Assembly: GCA_031291395.1 (NCBI GenBank)
Contig: JARLJD010000109.1
Coordinates: 8,294-72,293 of the forward strand
Length of the DNA: 64,000 nucleotides
Reading direction: 5' to 3'
Source: Alphaproteobacteria bacterium
GTDB lineage: Bacteria; Pseudomonadota; Alphaproteobacteria; UBA9219
The translations under genes and the position numbers were made by a program. The notes under the pieces are model-generated. The model was given only the letters and a program-made list of their open reading frames with translations. It was not told where the DNA came from and did no database searches. Below are positions 38,968-49,140 of the stretch, piece after piece (the first letter of the stretch is position 1; each line of letters opens with the position of its first letter).

Positions 38968-40107
38968 TTACTCATTCAACCCCGTTCGCGATATCCTCAA
39001 ATCCCGATGCACGGAAATCGACAACAACACGCCGCAGCCGATCAAGAGGGTCATCATCGCTGTGCCGCCATAGGACACAAGAGGCAGGGGGATGCCGACG
39101 ACGGGGATGGTGCCGGTGACCATGGCGACGTTGACAAAGACATAAAGAAAAAACGTCACCGTCAGGCCGAAAGCCGCCAGCCGCCCGAACTGGTTCTGGC
39201 AGGTCAACGAGATCATGAAGCCGTAGGCGATCAGCAAGAAATACATAAAGAGAAGGCACAAAGCGCCCAGTATGCCGAATTCCTCGGCGAGGACGACGAA
39301 GATGAAATCGGTGTGTTTTTCGGGCAGGAATTGCAACTGGCTTTGCGTGCCGTGGCCAAAACCGCGCCCGAACAGGCCGCCTGAACCCAGCGCGATTTTC
39401 GATTGCAGGATATTATACCCTCGGCCTAAAGGATCGGATCCAGGATTCAGAAAAGTCAGTAAACGGGCTTTCTGATAGTCGTGCAGGTGGTGCCACGCGA
39501 TCGGCAGGATTGCGGCAGCTATGGCGATCACGATCACGAATTTCCACCAGCGTACGCCGCCTGCAAAAAACACCGCGCCGCTGGCCAATGTTAAAAGCAG
39601 AGCCGTCCCGAGATTGGGCTGTAACAACACCAGCCCCACGGGCGCCAGAACCATAGCGACCGGAGCCAGAAGTTTATGCGGCTGGCCGATTTCCTCCAGC
39701 GACAATCCGTGAAAATATTTTGCCAGCGCCAGAACCAGCGTGATTTTCATCAATTCCGAGGGCTGAATAACGAAAAAGCCCAGATTAATCCAGCGTTGCG
39801 CCCCCATGCCGATATGCCCCATGACCTCGACCACGACCAGAAGAAGAAGCATCAGCGCATACATCGAATAAGCGTATTGAAGCCAGACGCGCACATCCGT
39901 TAAAGCGATCACCATCATCAAGCAAAGCCCCGCCGCAAACCGCGCCAATTGAGGCCCAGCCCACGGATGCCAGCTTTTCCCTCCGGCAGAATAGAGCAAA
40001 GCGACGCCGGTAAGCCCGATCATGACGATCAATAAGATCATGCCCCAGTTCAGAAGCCGCAGCTTCTCGGGGAGGGTGAGGTTGTCGGAGGGGGAGAGGC
40101 GGGACAT
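38968..40107 (-). CDS. SEDS-family peptidoglycan glycosyltransferase (RodA/FtsW)
   Basis: 379 aa with 10 TM helices and conserved SEDS motifs (FQPSELMKI, GTIPVVGIPLPLVSYGG). Confidence 0.85.
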   Translation of the reverse strand: MSRLSPSDNLTLPEKLRLLNWGMILLIVMIGLTGVALLYSAGGKSWHPWAGPQLARFAAGLCLMMVIALTDVRVWLQYAYSMYALMLLLLVVVEVMGHIGMGAQRWINLGFFVIQPSELMKITLVLALAKYFHGLSLEEIGQPHKLLAPVAMVLAPVGLVLLQPNLGTALLLTLASGAVFFAGGVRWWKFVIVIAIAAAILPIAWHHLHDYQKARLLTFLNPGSDPLGRGYNILQSKIALGSGGLFGRGFGHGTQSQLQFLPEKHTDFIFVVLAEEFGILGALCLLFMYFLLIAYGFMISLTCQNQFGRLAAFGLTVTFFLYVFVNVAMVTGTIPVVGIPLPLVSYGGTAMMTLLIGCGVLLSISVHRDLRISRTGLNE

Positions 40108-40265
40108 AAGATTGAGGGATGTTTGGGGATTAGGGAGTTAGAGGCAAGAATTAAAGTGCAGGGAGTTTTACCCTCGACTACGCCTAATTCCCTAATCTCC
40201 CTTTCTTTCCACACAAAAATGCCCTAAGTTGCCTCTGGTTTCCACTGAATTCGGGATTATTTTCC

Positions 40266-40931
40266 ATGCAATCTGCGATTATCATTTTTCCGGGCACAAA
40301 CCGCGAACGCGACGCTGTTTTGGCGCTGGAGCGCGCAACGGGGCATAAACCGCACCTTGTCTGGCATACCGAAAGCGCGTTGCCTAATGTCGATCTGATC
40401 GTTTTACCCGGCGGTTTCTCCTATGGCGATTATTTGCGCACCGGCGCTATGGCCGCGCATGCACCGATCATGCGGGAAGTCAAAGCCCGCGCTGCGCAGG
40501 GCGTGCGGGTTTGGGGAATTTGCAACGGCTTTCAGATTTTATGCGAATCCGGCCTTTTGCCCGGCATCTTGTTACGCAACAAAAGCCTGAAATTTATTTG
40601 CAAGCCGGTGACGCTCTCGGTCGAAAACACCGACAGCGATTTCACGCGCCTGTGCCGCAAGGGGCAGGATTTGCGCGCGATCATTGCCCATGGCGATGGC
40701 AATTACTTCGCTGAGGCCGAGACGCTAAAAGCGCTTGAAGGAAACGGTCAGGTCGCGTTCCGTTACCGCGAAAACCCCAACGGATCGCTCAACGACATCG
40801 CCGGAATCTTCAACAAACAGCGCAATGTCCTCGGCATGATGCCCCACCCCGAAGACGCTGTGGAAGAACTGCACGGCAGCACGGACGGGAAATTGTTGTT
40901 CGACAGCGTGGTGAAGGCAATAGCGGCGTGA
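40266..40931 (+). CDS. purQ: phosphoribosylformylglycinamidine synthase subunit PurQ (glutaminase)
   Basis: 221 aa. A class I GATase with GICNGFQIL (catalytic Cys) and HPE. Confidence 0.85.
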   Translation: MQSAIIIFPGTNRERDAVLALERATGHKPHLVWHTESALPNVDLIVLPGGFSYGDYLRTGAMAAHAPIMREVKARAAQGVRVWGICNGFQILCESGLLPGILLRNKSLKFICKPVTLSVENTDSDFTRLCRKGQDLRAIIAHGDGNYFAEAETLKALEGNGQVAFRYRENPNGSLNDIAGIFNKQRNVLGMMPHPEDAVEELHGSTDGKLLFDSVVKAIAA

Positions 40932-40953
40932 ATTCTTAGGGGCATCCCGCCGC

Positions 40954-41619
40954 TTACTTCCCCTGCTCCGGCTCTTTCAATTGATTGCGCATTTTTTGCA
41001 GCAGACCGTCTATGCGGCCGCCGTCTTGCTGGATGATGGAGGCATATTCCTGCTTTTGCGTGACGCTGAGGCTGACGCCTTCGACGACGACGTCGATCAC
41101 ACCCATTTTGCCGTCCTTCTGGCGCACGCGCCAATCGATTTCCGTCGGAGGCGATCCATCGGGGTGCGTAATCTGGCTTAACACCGTCGTGTCCATTTCC
41201 GATTCGGGACGGGTGCCGACAACCCCAAATCCTTCGCCCGCGTACATGGCCATGCGATCGCCGTAATCCTTGATCACCAGCGCTTTAAACAATTTCATAT
41301 AGTCGGACTGCTGCTCGGGCGTGGCGACGTTCCATGTGCGACCGATCACAAATCGGCCAATGGTTCTGAGGTCGAACGAATCGTTCAGGATTTTGCTGAA
41401 TTCCTCCGAGCGTTGTTCGGGAGATATTTGCTTGTCGGCGATGATCTTGATCGCGCGATCGCCCAGCTCTTGAATGAATTTTCCCGCAGGGGCTTTCACT
41501 GCCTGTTCGTGCGTCCGCGTTGCCGCAGAGGCTGTCATGTCGGCGGCAAACGTCGGCGCAGACGCTGCCAGAGCGACGACGCAAGAAGCCAATAAGGTGA
41601 AACGGAACAAGCGTGGCAT
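40954..41619 (-). CDS. mlaC: MlaC/Ttg2D-family periplasmic phospholipid-binding protein
   Basis: Signal peptide MPRLFRFTLLASCVVALAASAPTFA. The MlaC-like region includes GRFVIGRTW. The start is set at the internal ATG (complement 41617-41619). Confidence 0.55.
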   Translation of the reverse strand: MPRLFRFTLLASCVVALAASAPTFAADMTASAATRTHEQAVKAPAGKFIQELGDRAIKIIADKQISPEQRSEEFSKILNDSFDLRTIGRFVIGRTWNVATPEQQSDYMKLFKALVIKDYGDRMAMYAGEGFGVVGTRPESEMDTTVLSQITHPDGSPPTEIDWRVRQKDGKMGVIDVVVEGVSLSVTQKQEYASIIQQDGGRIDGLLQKMRNQLKEPEQGK

Positions 41620-41926
41620 AGGAAAACTCCTGAAAGAGGGGGATCGGTTGGAGAGATTATATACACAAGAAACTGGCGCGGGGAAATAGGGGAGGAAGGG
41701 GAATTGGGGAAATAGGAAGAGTCTATTTCTCTTCCCCTCTATTCCTGTTCCGCCCTCTTTCTGCCTTCTTCTTGCCACGATCTGTGTCTTTTTGGAGATA
41801 GGGCGCAAAAGAAAGAAAAGTCACCCTAAAAACTCATTGACGACAATAATTTGCCATGCTCATTTGCTTATCTATCACAACGGCTCGATCGGGCCCGATA
41901 TAAAACTCCATTGAAAGGACACTGCT

Positions 41927-42202
41927 ATGCGTTCGATGAACCTCTTGTTTGCTACGGCTCTGGTTGCCGCTCTGGTTGCCGGCCCCGTTTTGGCGCAAAC
42001 TGCCCCCACACCAGACGAAGCTCCTGCGGCTGCGGCTGAAACCGCTGCTCCGGCTCCTGCGGCTGAAACCACTGCTCCTGCGAAGACGGTCAAGCATACC
42101 GCCAAGCATGCCGTCAAGCATACTGCCAAGAAGCACTCAGCCAAGAAGCACTCCCACAAGAAGGCTGCTGCTCCTGCGGAAATGGCCCCGGCTGCTCAGT
42201 AA
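41927..42202 (+). CDS. small secreted Ala/Lys-rich protein
   Basis: Signal peptide followed by AETTAPA repeats and a KHTAK/KKHS basic repeat. Confidence 0.4.
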   Translation: MRSMNLLFATALVAALVAGPVLAQTAPTPDEAPAAAAETAAPAPAAETTAPAKTVKHTAKHAVKHTAKKHSAKKHSHKKAAAPAEMAPAAQ

Positions 42203-42226
42203 GTCTGGTTAAGTCGCAAGACAAAG

Positions 42227-42266
42227 AAACCGCCGCGCTCGGGATGTCCGCGCGGCGGTTTTTTGT
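42227..42266 (+). terminator. rho-independent terminator
   Basis: aaaccgccgcgctcgggatgtccgcgcggcggtttttt. Confidence 0.7.
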
Positions 42267-42367
42267 TGCGCGCAGGGAAGCGAGGGGCAGGGATTATATT
42301 TGCGTTTCTATTCTCTCGATGCTAACCCCTAATCCCTAAATGTTAACCCCTAACCCCTTTTATAAAC

Positions 42368-42934
42368 ATGCAAGTTGACGCCAATACCATCCGCAAGGGC
42401 CACGTTATGGACTATAACGGCAAGCTGTGGGTCGTCATGAAAAGCGAGATCATGATCCCCGGCAAGGGAAACGCGGTCATTCAAGTTGAAATGCGCGACG
42501 TGCGCACCGGCATTAAGACTAACGTTCGTTTCCGGACGCAGGAAACGGTCGAGCGCGTCCAGTTGCAGGAACATGAAATGCAGTTCCTGTTCGCGACCGG
42601 CGACGATTACACCTTTATGGATAATGAGACTTTTGAACAATTTTCAATACCCAAAGACGTTATCGGCGATCCGGTTGTGTTTCTGTCCGAAGCGATGCTT
42701 TGCAAAGTCATGACCTATGAGGGCGCGGCTTTGTCGGTCGAATTGCCGCAAACGGTGACGTTGGAACTGGTCGAAGCCGATCCCGTTGTTAGAGGCCAAA
42801 CGGCGTCGTCCTCCTATAAACCCGCCAAACTGTCGAACGGCGTGCGCGTTCTGGTGCCCCCTTTCATCGAAGCGGGAACAAGAGTTGTGGTGAACACGAC
42901 GGACGGGTCGTATGTGGAGAGGGCGCGGGATTAA
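42368..42934 (+). CDS. efp: elongation factor P
   Basis: 188 aa. KGNAVIQVEMRDVRTG plus the KOW-like and OB domains typical of EF-P. Confidence 0.9.
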   Translation: MQVDANTIRKGHVMDYNGKLWVVMKSEIMIPGKGNAVIQVEMRDVRTGIKTNVRFRTQETVERVQLQEHEMQFLFATGDDYTFMDNETFEQFSIPKDVIGDPVVFLSEAMLCKVMTYEGAALSVELPQTVTLELVEADPVVRGQTASSSYKPAKLSNGVRVLVPPFIEAGTRVVVNTTDGSYVERARD

Positions 42935-42942
42935 TCGGAAAA

Positions 42943-43881
42943 ATGAAGTTTTCTGGAATCAATGCCATTATTTCCACTCCGTTCACAAATGGGGAAGAAG
43001 TCGACTATGAAAGCCTGTGCAATTTAATCGACAAAATCGTTTGCAAGGGCGTTCACGCGATTACGATATTGGGCGTGGCGAGCGAGGCGCAGAAACTTTC
43101 GGCACAAGAACGGTCTGAAATTGCGGCAAAGGCTTTTGAGACTGTGGCTGGACGCTGTCCTGTTGTCGTGACCACATCCGGCAATGATACGGATGCAGTC
43201 GTTTCAGCCTCGCTTGCGGCGGAACGCGCGGGCGCTGCGGCTGTTATGGTCGCGCCGCCTAAGGGACTGAAATTCAGTCCTGAACTTGTGGAGCATTACA
43301 GCAAAATTGCGCAAGCGATATCCATTCCGATCGTGCTTCAAGACCTGGCCGAAGCGACGGGGGTTGATTTGTCTCCTCGCGCGATGTCTGAATTATTGAA
43401 AGCGGTGCCGCAGATAACGGCGATCAAGCTCGAAACGCCCCCGACTCCGCTGCGGATAAGCGAGACGCGCAAACTTGTTTCGGATGAAATAGCTATTTTG
43501 GGCGGAAACGGTGGCGTCCATTTCTTGAATGAACTGCGCCGCGGCGCGAACGGAGCGATGACCGGCTTTGCGTACACGGAGGCCTTACTGCAAATCTGGA
43601 ATTATTGGAACATTGGGAATCGCGCTGCCGCGGCAAAAAGTTATTTGGAAATTCTTCCTCTGCTCGTTTTTGAATTTCAGCCCAAGATTGGCGTTGCCAT
43701 TCGCAAAGAGATTCTAAAACGGCGAGGATTGATCAAAACGGCGGTTCTGCGGGGCGTTCCCGAAGGGCTTAGTCCTGAAATGCTTTCCGATTTGTCTGAA
43801 ACTCTTGTCGACCTTGGCGTTCAAGAGAGGTATGACGATAGGAGGCGTGAGGAAATAAGTGAGCCTGTTTTGGTGAGTTAG
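42943..43881 (+). CDS. DHDPS-family (class I aldolase) protein, a DapA paralogue
   Basis: 312 aa with the TPF N-terminus and DHDPS-fold motifs. A bona fide dapA exists at 14447-15343, so this is probably another aldolase of the family. Confidence 0.6.
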   Translation: MKFSGINAIISTPFTNGEEVDYESLCNLIDKIVCKGVHAITILGVASEAQKLSAQERSEIAAKAFETVAGRCPVVVTTSGNDTDAVVSASLAAERAGAAAVMVAPPKGLKFSPELVEHYSKIAQAISIPIVLQDLAEATGVDLSPRAMSELLKAVPQITAIKLETPPTPLRISETRKLVSDEIAILGGNGGVHFLNELRRGANGAMTGFAYTEALLQIWNYWNIGNRAAAAKSYLEILPLLVFEFQPKIGVAIRKEILKRRGLIKTAVLRGVPEGLSPEMLSDLSETLVDLGVQERYDDRRREEISEPVLVS

Positions 43882-43899
43882 AATCAGTGGTGCCGCAAC

Positions 43900-44055
43900 A
43901 GCGGCGGAATCCCCTCCCCCTCTATGGGGGAGGGTTAGGGTGGGGGTGGTGGTTATACACAAACTGCTTTTGATTATGCAAAACAGTTGTTGTGGCACGT
44001 TCGCCCCCACCCTACCCCTCCCCCATAGAGGGGGAGGGAATCACGCCGTTTTCGT
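43900..44055. repeat. MITE-like repeat family A, full-length
   Basis: gcggcggaatcccctccccctctatgggggagggttagggtggggg ... cccccaccctacccctcccccatagagggggagggaatc. Confidence 0.75.
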
Positions 44056-44155
44056 TTCACTGTTATTTTAATCGTCAAACAGATTTGCTTATTTCCTCAC
44101 GGCGACATAACTGATTTCTGGCGTTTTTGAAAGATTGACTCGATAGGAAAAAATC

Positions 44156-44956
44156 ATGCCCATTCGCTCTCCCCTGATGAACGTCATGTTCAAAGCCGCC
44201 GACAAGGCCGCTAAAAGCCTTGTGCGCGATTTTGGCGAGGTTGAGAATTTGCAGGTGTCGCGCAAGGGGCCGGCGGATTTCGTCAGCACGGCCGATTTGA
44301 AGGCGCAGAAGGCGATTCGCGAAGAATTGAGCAAGGCGCGTCCCGAATTCGGCTTTCTGATGGAAGAAAATGACGGCGCACCCGACACCTCCGGAAAAAC
44401 CGAACGCTGGATCGTCGATCCGCTCGACGGCACCTCGAATTTCCTGCACGGCCTCGGCCACTGGGCGATCTCGATCGCCGCGGAAAGGGCGGGGGAGCTG
44501 ATCGCGGCTTTGATCTACGATCCGATCAAGAACGAGAGTTTTTGGGCCGAAAAAGGCATGGGCGCTTACAGCAGCAGCAAACGCCTGCGCGTCTCCGGCC
44601 GCAAGGACTTCGCCGATTGCCTGATCGCGACGGGCGCGCCGTTCAAAGGCGTCATGCATCGCCGCCCGAATTTTTCCAAGCAACTTTCCGCTGTCATGCC
44701 GCAAGTCGCCGGAATCCGCCGTTTTGGCGCGGCCGCGCTTGATCTTGCTTATGTCGCGGCGGGGCGTTTCGACGGATTTTGGGAAGAAGGGTTAGGCGCG
44801 TGGGATTGCGCTGCTGGGATGTTGCTGGTTCGCGAAGCCGGGGGGTTCGTCGCCCCCATCGTGCCCAAGGAAAATCCTTTGTTGACCGGAAATATTATCG
44901 CCAGCAATTCCGAGATTCATGAGCCGTTGGTCAAGGTGATACGGGAGGCGAAGTAA
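44156..44956 (+). CDS. suhB: inositol monophosphatase family protein (SuhB)
   Basis: WIVDPLDGTSNF and ISIA motifs. Confidence 0.85.
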   Translation: MPIRSPLMNVMFKAADKAAKSLVRDFGEVENLQVSRKGPADFVSTADLKAQKAIREELSKARPEFGFLMEENDGAPDTSGKTERWIVDPLDGTSNFLHGLGHWAISIAAERAGELIAALIYDPIKNESFWAEKGMGAYSSSKRLRVSGRKDFADCLIATGAPFKGVMHRRPNFSKQLSAVMPQVAGIRRFGAAALDLAYVAAGRFDGFWEEGLGAWDCAAGMLLVREAGGFVAPIVPKENPLLTGNIIASNSEIHEPLVKVIREAK

Positions 44957-44999
44957 GAATCTCCCAGAAATCCCCTGACGGGTTCTCAGCGAGGCAAAA

Positions 45000-46202
45000 A
45001 TGGTGGAAACGGCTGATTTTCTCGTGCTGGGCGCAGGCGTGATCGGCTTGAACATTGCGCGCGAATTGGCTGAGCGGCACAAGGGCAGCCGCATCGTTGT
45101 ATTGGAAAAGGAGCAATCGCTTGGCGCCCACGCCAGCGGTCGTAACAGCGGCGTATTGCATGCCGGTTTCTATTATACGGCGGACAGCCTGAAGGCCAAG
45201 TTTACGCGCGACGGCAATCGGGAAATGACATCCTTTTGCGATACGCGTGGTTTGCGCATCAACAAGTGCGGTAAACTGGTCGTCGCGCGCGACGAAAGCG
45301 AACTTTCCGGACTGGAAACGCTTCTTCAGCGAGGCCGCGCGAACGGCGTCGATCTGCACAGGATAACGGCGAAAGAAGCCAAAGAAATCGAGCCGCGGGT
45401 TAAAACGTGCCAATACGCCCTCTATTCTCCGACAACATCCTCCGTTGATCCTTGCGAAGTGATGAGCGCCTTGGGTAAAGAGGCAAACAGCAATGGGGTT
45501 GATCTACGTTTCGGCGAAAAATATCTTGGGTTTAAATCCGGACGCGTCATAACGAGCCGAGGCGCTTACGCATGCGGGTATGTCGTGAATGCCGCTGGTT
45601 TATTTGCCGACCGCGTCGCGCGGGATTTTGGGTTCAGCCAAGGCTATTATCTTCTGCCGTTCAAAGGATTGTATCTTTATTCCGACGAGCCTGCAGGCGA
45701 ATTATCGACCCACATCTATCCTGTGCCTAATCTGGCGCACCCGTTTTTGGGATCCCATTTCACCGTAGCGGTTGACGGCCATATCAAGATCGGGCCAACT
45801 GCCATACCCGCGTTTTGGCGCGAGCAGTACACTTGGCGCGATAATTTCAACCTTCAAGAGCTTGTCGAGACGGCGTGGCGGCAAGTCGGCTTGCTGTTTA
45901 ACGCCGGTTTTGATTTCAACCGTTTGGCTGTCGAGGAACTTCATAAATATTACCGCCCCTATCTTGTCGCGCAAACCACCGCTCTTGCCGAGGGGGTTAG
46001 GGTGGGGGATTACAAAACCTGGGGGAAACATGGAATTCGAGCGCAACTTGTCAGGAAAGACACAAAGTCTCTCGAAATGGATTTTGTTTTGGAAGGCGAC
46101 AAAAAGTCGATTCACGTGCTTAACGCCGTTTCGCCAGCCTTCACTTGCTCGATTCCGTTCTCTCAATACGTTGTTGATCGGATAGCGGATTTTGTTCGAT
46201 AG
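45000..46202 (+). CDS. FAD-dependent oxidoreductase, L-2-hydroxyglutarate oxidase/dehydrogenase-like (LhgO)
   Basis: N-terminal dinucleotide-binding fold DFLVLGAGVIGLNIAREL. The DAO-family length and motifs resemble LhgO. Confidence 0.6.
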   Translation: MVETADFLVLGAGVIGLNIARELAERHKGSRIVVLEKEQSLGAHASGRNSGVLHAGFYYTADSLKAKFTRDGNREMTSFCDTRGLRINKCGKLVVARDESELSGLETLLQRGRANGVDLHRITAKEAKEIEPRVKTCQYALYSPTTSSVDPCEVMSALGKEANSNGVDLRFGEKYLGFKSGRVITSRGAYACGYVVNAAGLFADRVARDFGFSQGYYLLPFKGLYLYSDEPAGELSTHIYPVPNLAHPFLGSHFTVAVDGHIKIGPTAIPAFWREQYTWRDNFNLQELVETAWRQVGLLFNAGFDFNRLAVEELHKYYRPYLVAQTTALAEGVRVGDYKTWGKHGIRAQLVRKDTKSLEMDFVLEGDKKSIHVLNAVSPAFTCSIPFSQYVVDRIADFVR

Positions 46203-46535
46203 GTAGGCTTTCCTTCCAATCTTTCATCAAGGCCTTCTCGTTACACAAGACCCATAAAAAGCACCATAGCTCGAATATATCATCGGCCATTCATAGACGC
46301 TTGAAACAAAGCGCATGATCCCATTGCCCGCCGGATCGCTGGCGGCCACCGCTCGCGGCTGACGGCGGCATTTTGTATCTCAATTTCGTAACATGTTACA
46401 CTAAAGCGAAGAAACAAAAGCCAAGAACACGTCACATAAAGATTTCAATGATGACAGATTAATTGAAGGCATTTTAACTATACATAAAGGTGGAAACAGA
46501 CACAACCGCTGTGCTATTGCTTTTCTATCGGATTA

Positions 46536-47114
46536 ATGGAGGGACATATGGTTTTTTCAAAAAAATATGCAGGACTCGAGGAAGATAAACGCGCCTACCA
46601 TGCTGGTCTTGCTGCCCGTTTAAGCGGGGATGTTAAGGTTATTGGAGCGGACGGCAATCCACTTGAAGAATACATGACCCCAGAATGGCAGGAGTGCCTG
46701 ACGACGCCGGATGATACTCCTGTCTCATTCAAAAGCCCCGGTCATTATAGCGAATACTACGCAAGTAGAGATGGAAAGCTAAAATGTGCTATTCACTGGG
46801 ATAACGGAGGTCAAGAATATGCGAATGAACGATATGAGAATATTAAAGATGAAACGACCCACTTTATATTACGTTATTCCGATGGCCGTGTAGTAGAATT
46901 TCGAGGATGGAAAGGAGGCGTGCTCCATAACAAAATAGCGGGTTCGGATGATTGTCCGGCTTCTATTTTTTCTCCGGCTTATATTTTTTCTGAACGCGAC
47001 AAGGACACCGGTCAACAAAGGGTCACGTATAGTGAATATTACGATCGAAACAGGCCGCTTCTTAAAGTGCAAGGACTCGGTGGCCCTGTATGTCTAATTC
47101 CCTCACCAAGATAA
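46536..47114 (+). CDS. hypothetical protein, 192 aa
   Basis: A long AT-rich ORF with a GGAGG ribosome-binding site and no motif I recognise. Confidence 0.4.
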   Translation: MEGHMVFSKKYAGLEEDKRAYHAGLAARLSGDVKVIGADGNPLEEYMTPEWQECLTTPDDTPVSFKSPGHYSEYYASRDGKLKCAIHWDNGGQEYANERYENIKDETTHFILRYSDGRVVEFRGWKGGVLHNKIAGSDDCPASIFSPAYIFSERDKDTGQQRVTYSEYYDRNRPLLKVQGLGGPVCLIPSPR

Positions 47115-47118
47115 AAGC

Positions 47119-47513
47119 GCCAGACGGTCTATAAGCCGGGTTTTGTCATCGCATTGCTGCAATGGACGATCATTCATCTGGGACGTTTGTTGCCAAACGC
47201 CTCAAGCAACCAACCCGAGCCGCGCGCGGGGAAAGCGCCGCGCACCTATGATACGAATATCAGGTATGCGCTATGCGGCTCCTATTCGGTTTTGCTTCGG
47301 GTGGGGTTTTCCGTGCCGCCTTTGTTGCCAAAGACGCGGTGCGCTCTTACCGCACCTTTTCACCTTTTCCCTCCCTTACGAGAAGGTAGTTTGTTTTCTG
47401 TGGCACTTTCCTTCGAGTCGCCCCGACCGGACGTTATCCGGCACCCTTTTCCCCTGAAGCCCGGACTTTCCTCCCCAACCTGAAGGAAGGGGCGATCATC
47501 CGACCGTCTGGCG
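47119..47513 (-). ncRNA. rnpB: RNase P RNA, bacterial type A
   Basis: The reverse complement carries GGAGGAAAGTCCGGGCT (P4), GGGTGCCGGATAACGTCCGG, AAGGGTGAAAAGGTGCGGTAAGAGCGCACC, CACGGAAAACCCCACCCGAAGCAA and AGATGAATGATCGTCCA...ACAAAACCCGGCTTATAGACCGTCTGG. It is colinear with E. coli M1 RNA, and the P1 pairing is CCAGACGGTC/GACCGTCTGG. Confidence 0.85.
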
Positions 47514-47715
47514 ATTTCAGCCTATCAGGGGTGTATCCGAAAAACAACACATTTGAAATTATTCAAAAAAGCCACGAAAATAACCAATTCTGACGCTAAG
47601 TTTTGATCCTAAAGATTCGTCAAGATCGGTCTTTAATGGTAGCTTAACAGTGTAAGTCATGAGTTTGGCACCATTCCCGCCTCTCTTTTCACAAATCATC
47701 CCTAAGGAGCAAGAC

Positions 47716-48789
47716 ATGAAGAAAATTTACGTTTCCCTTGTAGCGCTGGCAGCGGCGCTTGCAATAGCCCCCGTCGCGCATGCCGATCAGACGCCCGGCT
47801 GGTATGCTGGCGCGGGCGTAGGCGCGACTTTCCCCGTTAATCCGACGTTGCACACCCGTACAGGCAGCCACGACGCCAAGGACGAGAATCAAAATCTCGA
47901 TCTGTTGGGCAATGGCGGTTATGCTTGGTCCAACGGACTGCGTCTGGAAGGCGAATATTTCCACAACCAGAACAACACCAAGAGCGTCGCGGGCGTTCCG
48001 GGCGGTGGCCATGTCACCAACAACGCGCTGTTTGCCAACGTTTTTTATGACTTTAAGACCGGTTCGATGTATACACCGTATATCGGTGCCGGTGTCGGCC
48101 CCGACTTCATCAATGTGAAGAGCGTTGGCGCGCCCAACGTTGGCTACCTTAAGGGCGATACCGCCGACGGCGCTTATCAGGGCATCGTTGGCGTAGCGGC
48201 GCAGCTTGATCGCAATTGGGCGGTCACGGCGGATTACCGTTACATCGCTTCGTTCGATCCCAAGGTCGATTCGACGGCGGGCGGTCAGGGACGCATGGAC
48301 AACGCGTCGCATAATGTTGTTCTCGGCCTGCGCTACAGCTTTGCGGAGCCTGCGGCTCCTGTTATGGCTGCTGCTCCCGTTCCTATGCCGATGCGCATGG
48401 TGGAAGCTCCTGCTGTTGCGCCACGCGCGCCGGAAAGGCCGGTGGTCGCTCCGGTGGCGCAGAACTTCACGGTGTTCTTTGACTTTGACCGCTCGACGCT
48501 TACGCCGGAAGCCAAGCGGATCATCGCGACGGCCGCGCAGGAATATCAGCGCGGCGGCTTTGCCAGAATTACCGTTACGGGCCATACCGATACGGTCGGA
48601 ACGGCGACGTATAACGAGAAACTCTCGCAGCGTCGCGCTATGGCGGTGGAAGTGGAGCTTAAGAGGCTTGGCGTCGATACCGATCATATCAAGGAAATCG
48701 GTGTCGGCAAGAACGACCTTCTGGTTCCCACGGCAGACGGCGTACGCGAAGCGCAAAACCGCCGCGCGCAGATCGTGTTGACCAAGTAA
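47716..48789 (+). CDS. OmpA-family outer-membrane protein (N-terminal beta-barrel, Pro/Ala-rich linker, C-terminal OmpA domain)
   Basis: Signal peptide MKKIYVSLVALAAALAIAPVAHA. The C-terminal domain has TGHTDTVGTATYNEKLSQRRA. An AAGGAG ribosome-binding site lies upstream. Confidence 0.8.
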   Translation: MKKIYVSLVALAAALAIAPVAHADQTPGWYAGAGVGATFPVNPTLHTRTGSHDAKDENQNLDLLGNGGYAWSNGLRLEGEYFHNQNNTKSVAGVPGGGHVTNNALFANVFYDFKTGSMYTPYIGAGVGPDFINVKSVGAPNVGYLKGDTADGAYQGIVGVAAQLDRNWAVTADYRYIASFDPKVDSTAGGQGRMDNASHNVVLGLRYSFAEPAAPVMAAAPVPMPMRMVEAPAVAPRAPERPVVAPVAQNFTVFFDFDRSTLTPEAKRIIATAAQEYQRGGFARITVTGHTDTVGTATYNEKLSQRRAMAVEVELKRLGVDTDHIKEIGVGKNDLLVPTADGVREAQNRRAQIVLTK

Positions 48790-48814
48790 GGCTGAGGCGA
48801 TTGGTTTGTTAAAG

Positions 48815-48846
48815 AAACGCCGCTCCGCAAGGAGCGGCGTTTTTCT
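48815..48846. terminator. bidirectional rho-independent terminator
   Basis: aaacgccgctccgcaaggagcggcgttttt, between convergent genes. Confidence 0.7.
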
Positions 48847-49140
48847 TCATAAATCGAGCGGAACGTAATACTCATCCGACGGTTCCTTGTCGAAACCGTC
48901 ATGCGCAAAATGGCCGATGAATATTTTCTTTCTGCCGAACAGCGAACGCTCAAATTCCTGATCTATTTCCGTCGCTAAAGTTTCGACGTCACCATTTACG
49001 AAAGAGACGCTCAGATTCCGTACGTCAGAAAGATAGGCAACGTTCTTGATCTTTCGGGTTTCATCAACGACAACAAGGCCAAGAACTCCTTCGCTGTTTT
49101 CCAGTAGAAATCCGTCCATGTTTTTCCTGTTTAGAGCCAA
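48847..49140 (-). CDS. hypothetical protein, 98 aa
   Basis: AT-rich. It overlaps the upstream ORF by 10 nt (operon-like). Confidence 0.4.
   Translation of the reverse strand: MALNRKNMDGFLLENSEGVLGLVVVDETRKIKNVAYLSDVRNLSVSFVNGDVETLATEIDQEFERSLFGRKKIFIGHFAHDGFDKEPSDEYYVPLDL

Noticed and set aside
47143-47483. Two + strand ORFs of 104 and 109 aa
   Set aside because: They lie entirely within the RNase P RNA gene on the minus strand.
47689-48756. 355-aa minus ORF
   Set aside because: It is antisense to the ompA-like gene.
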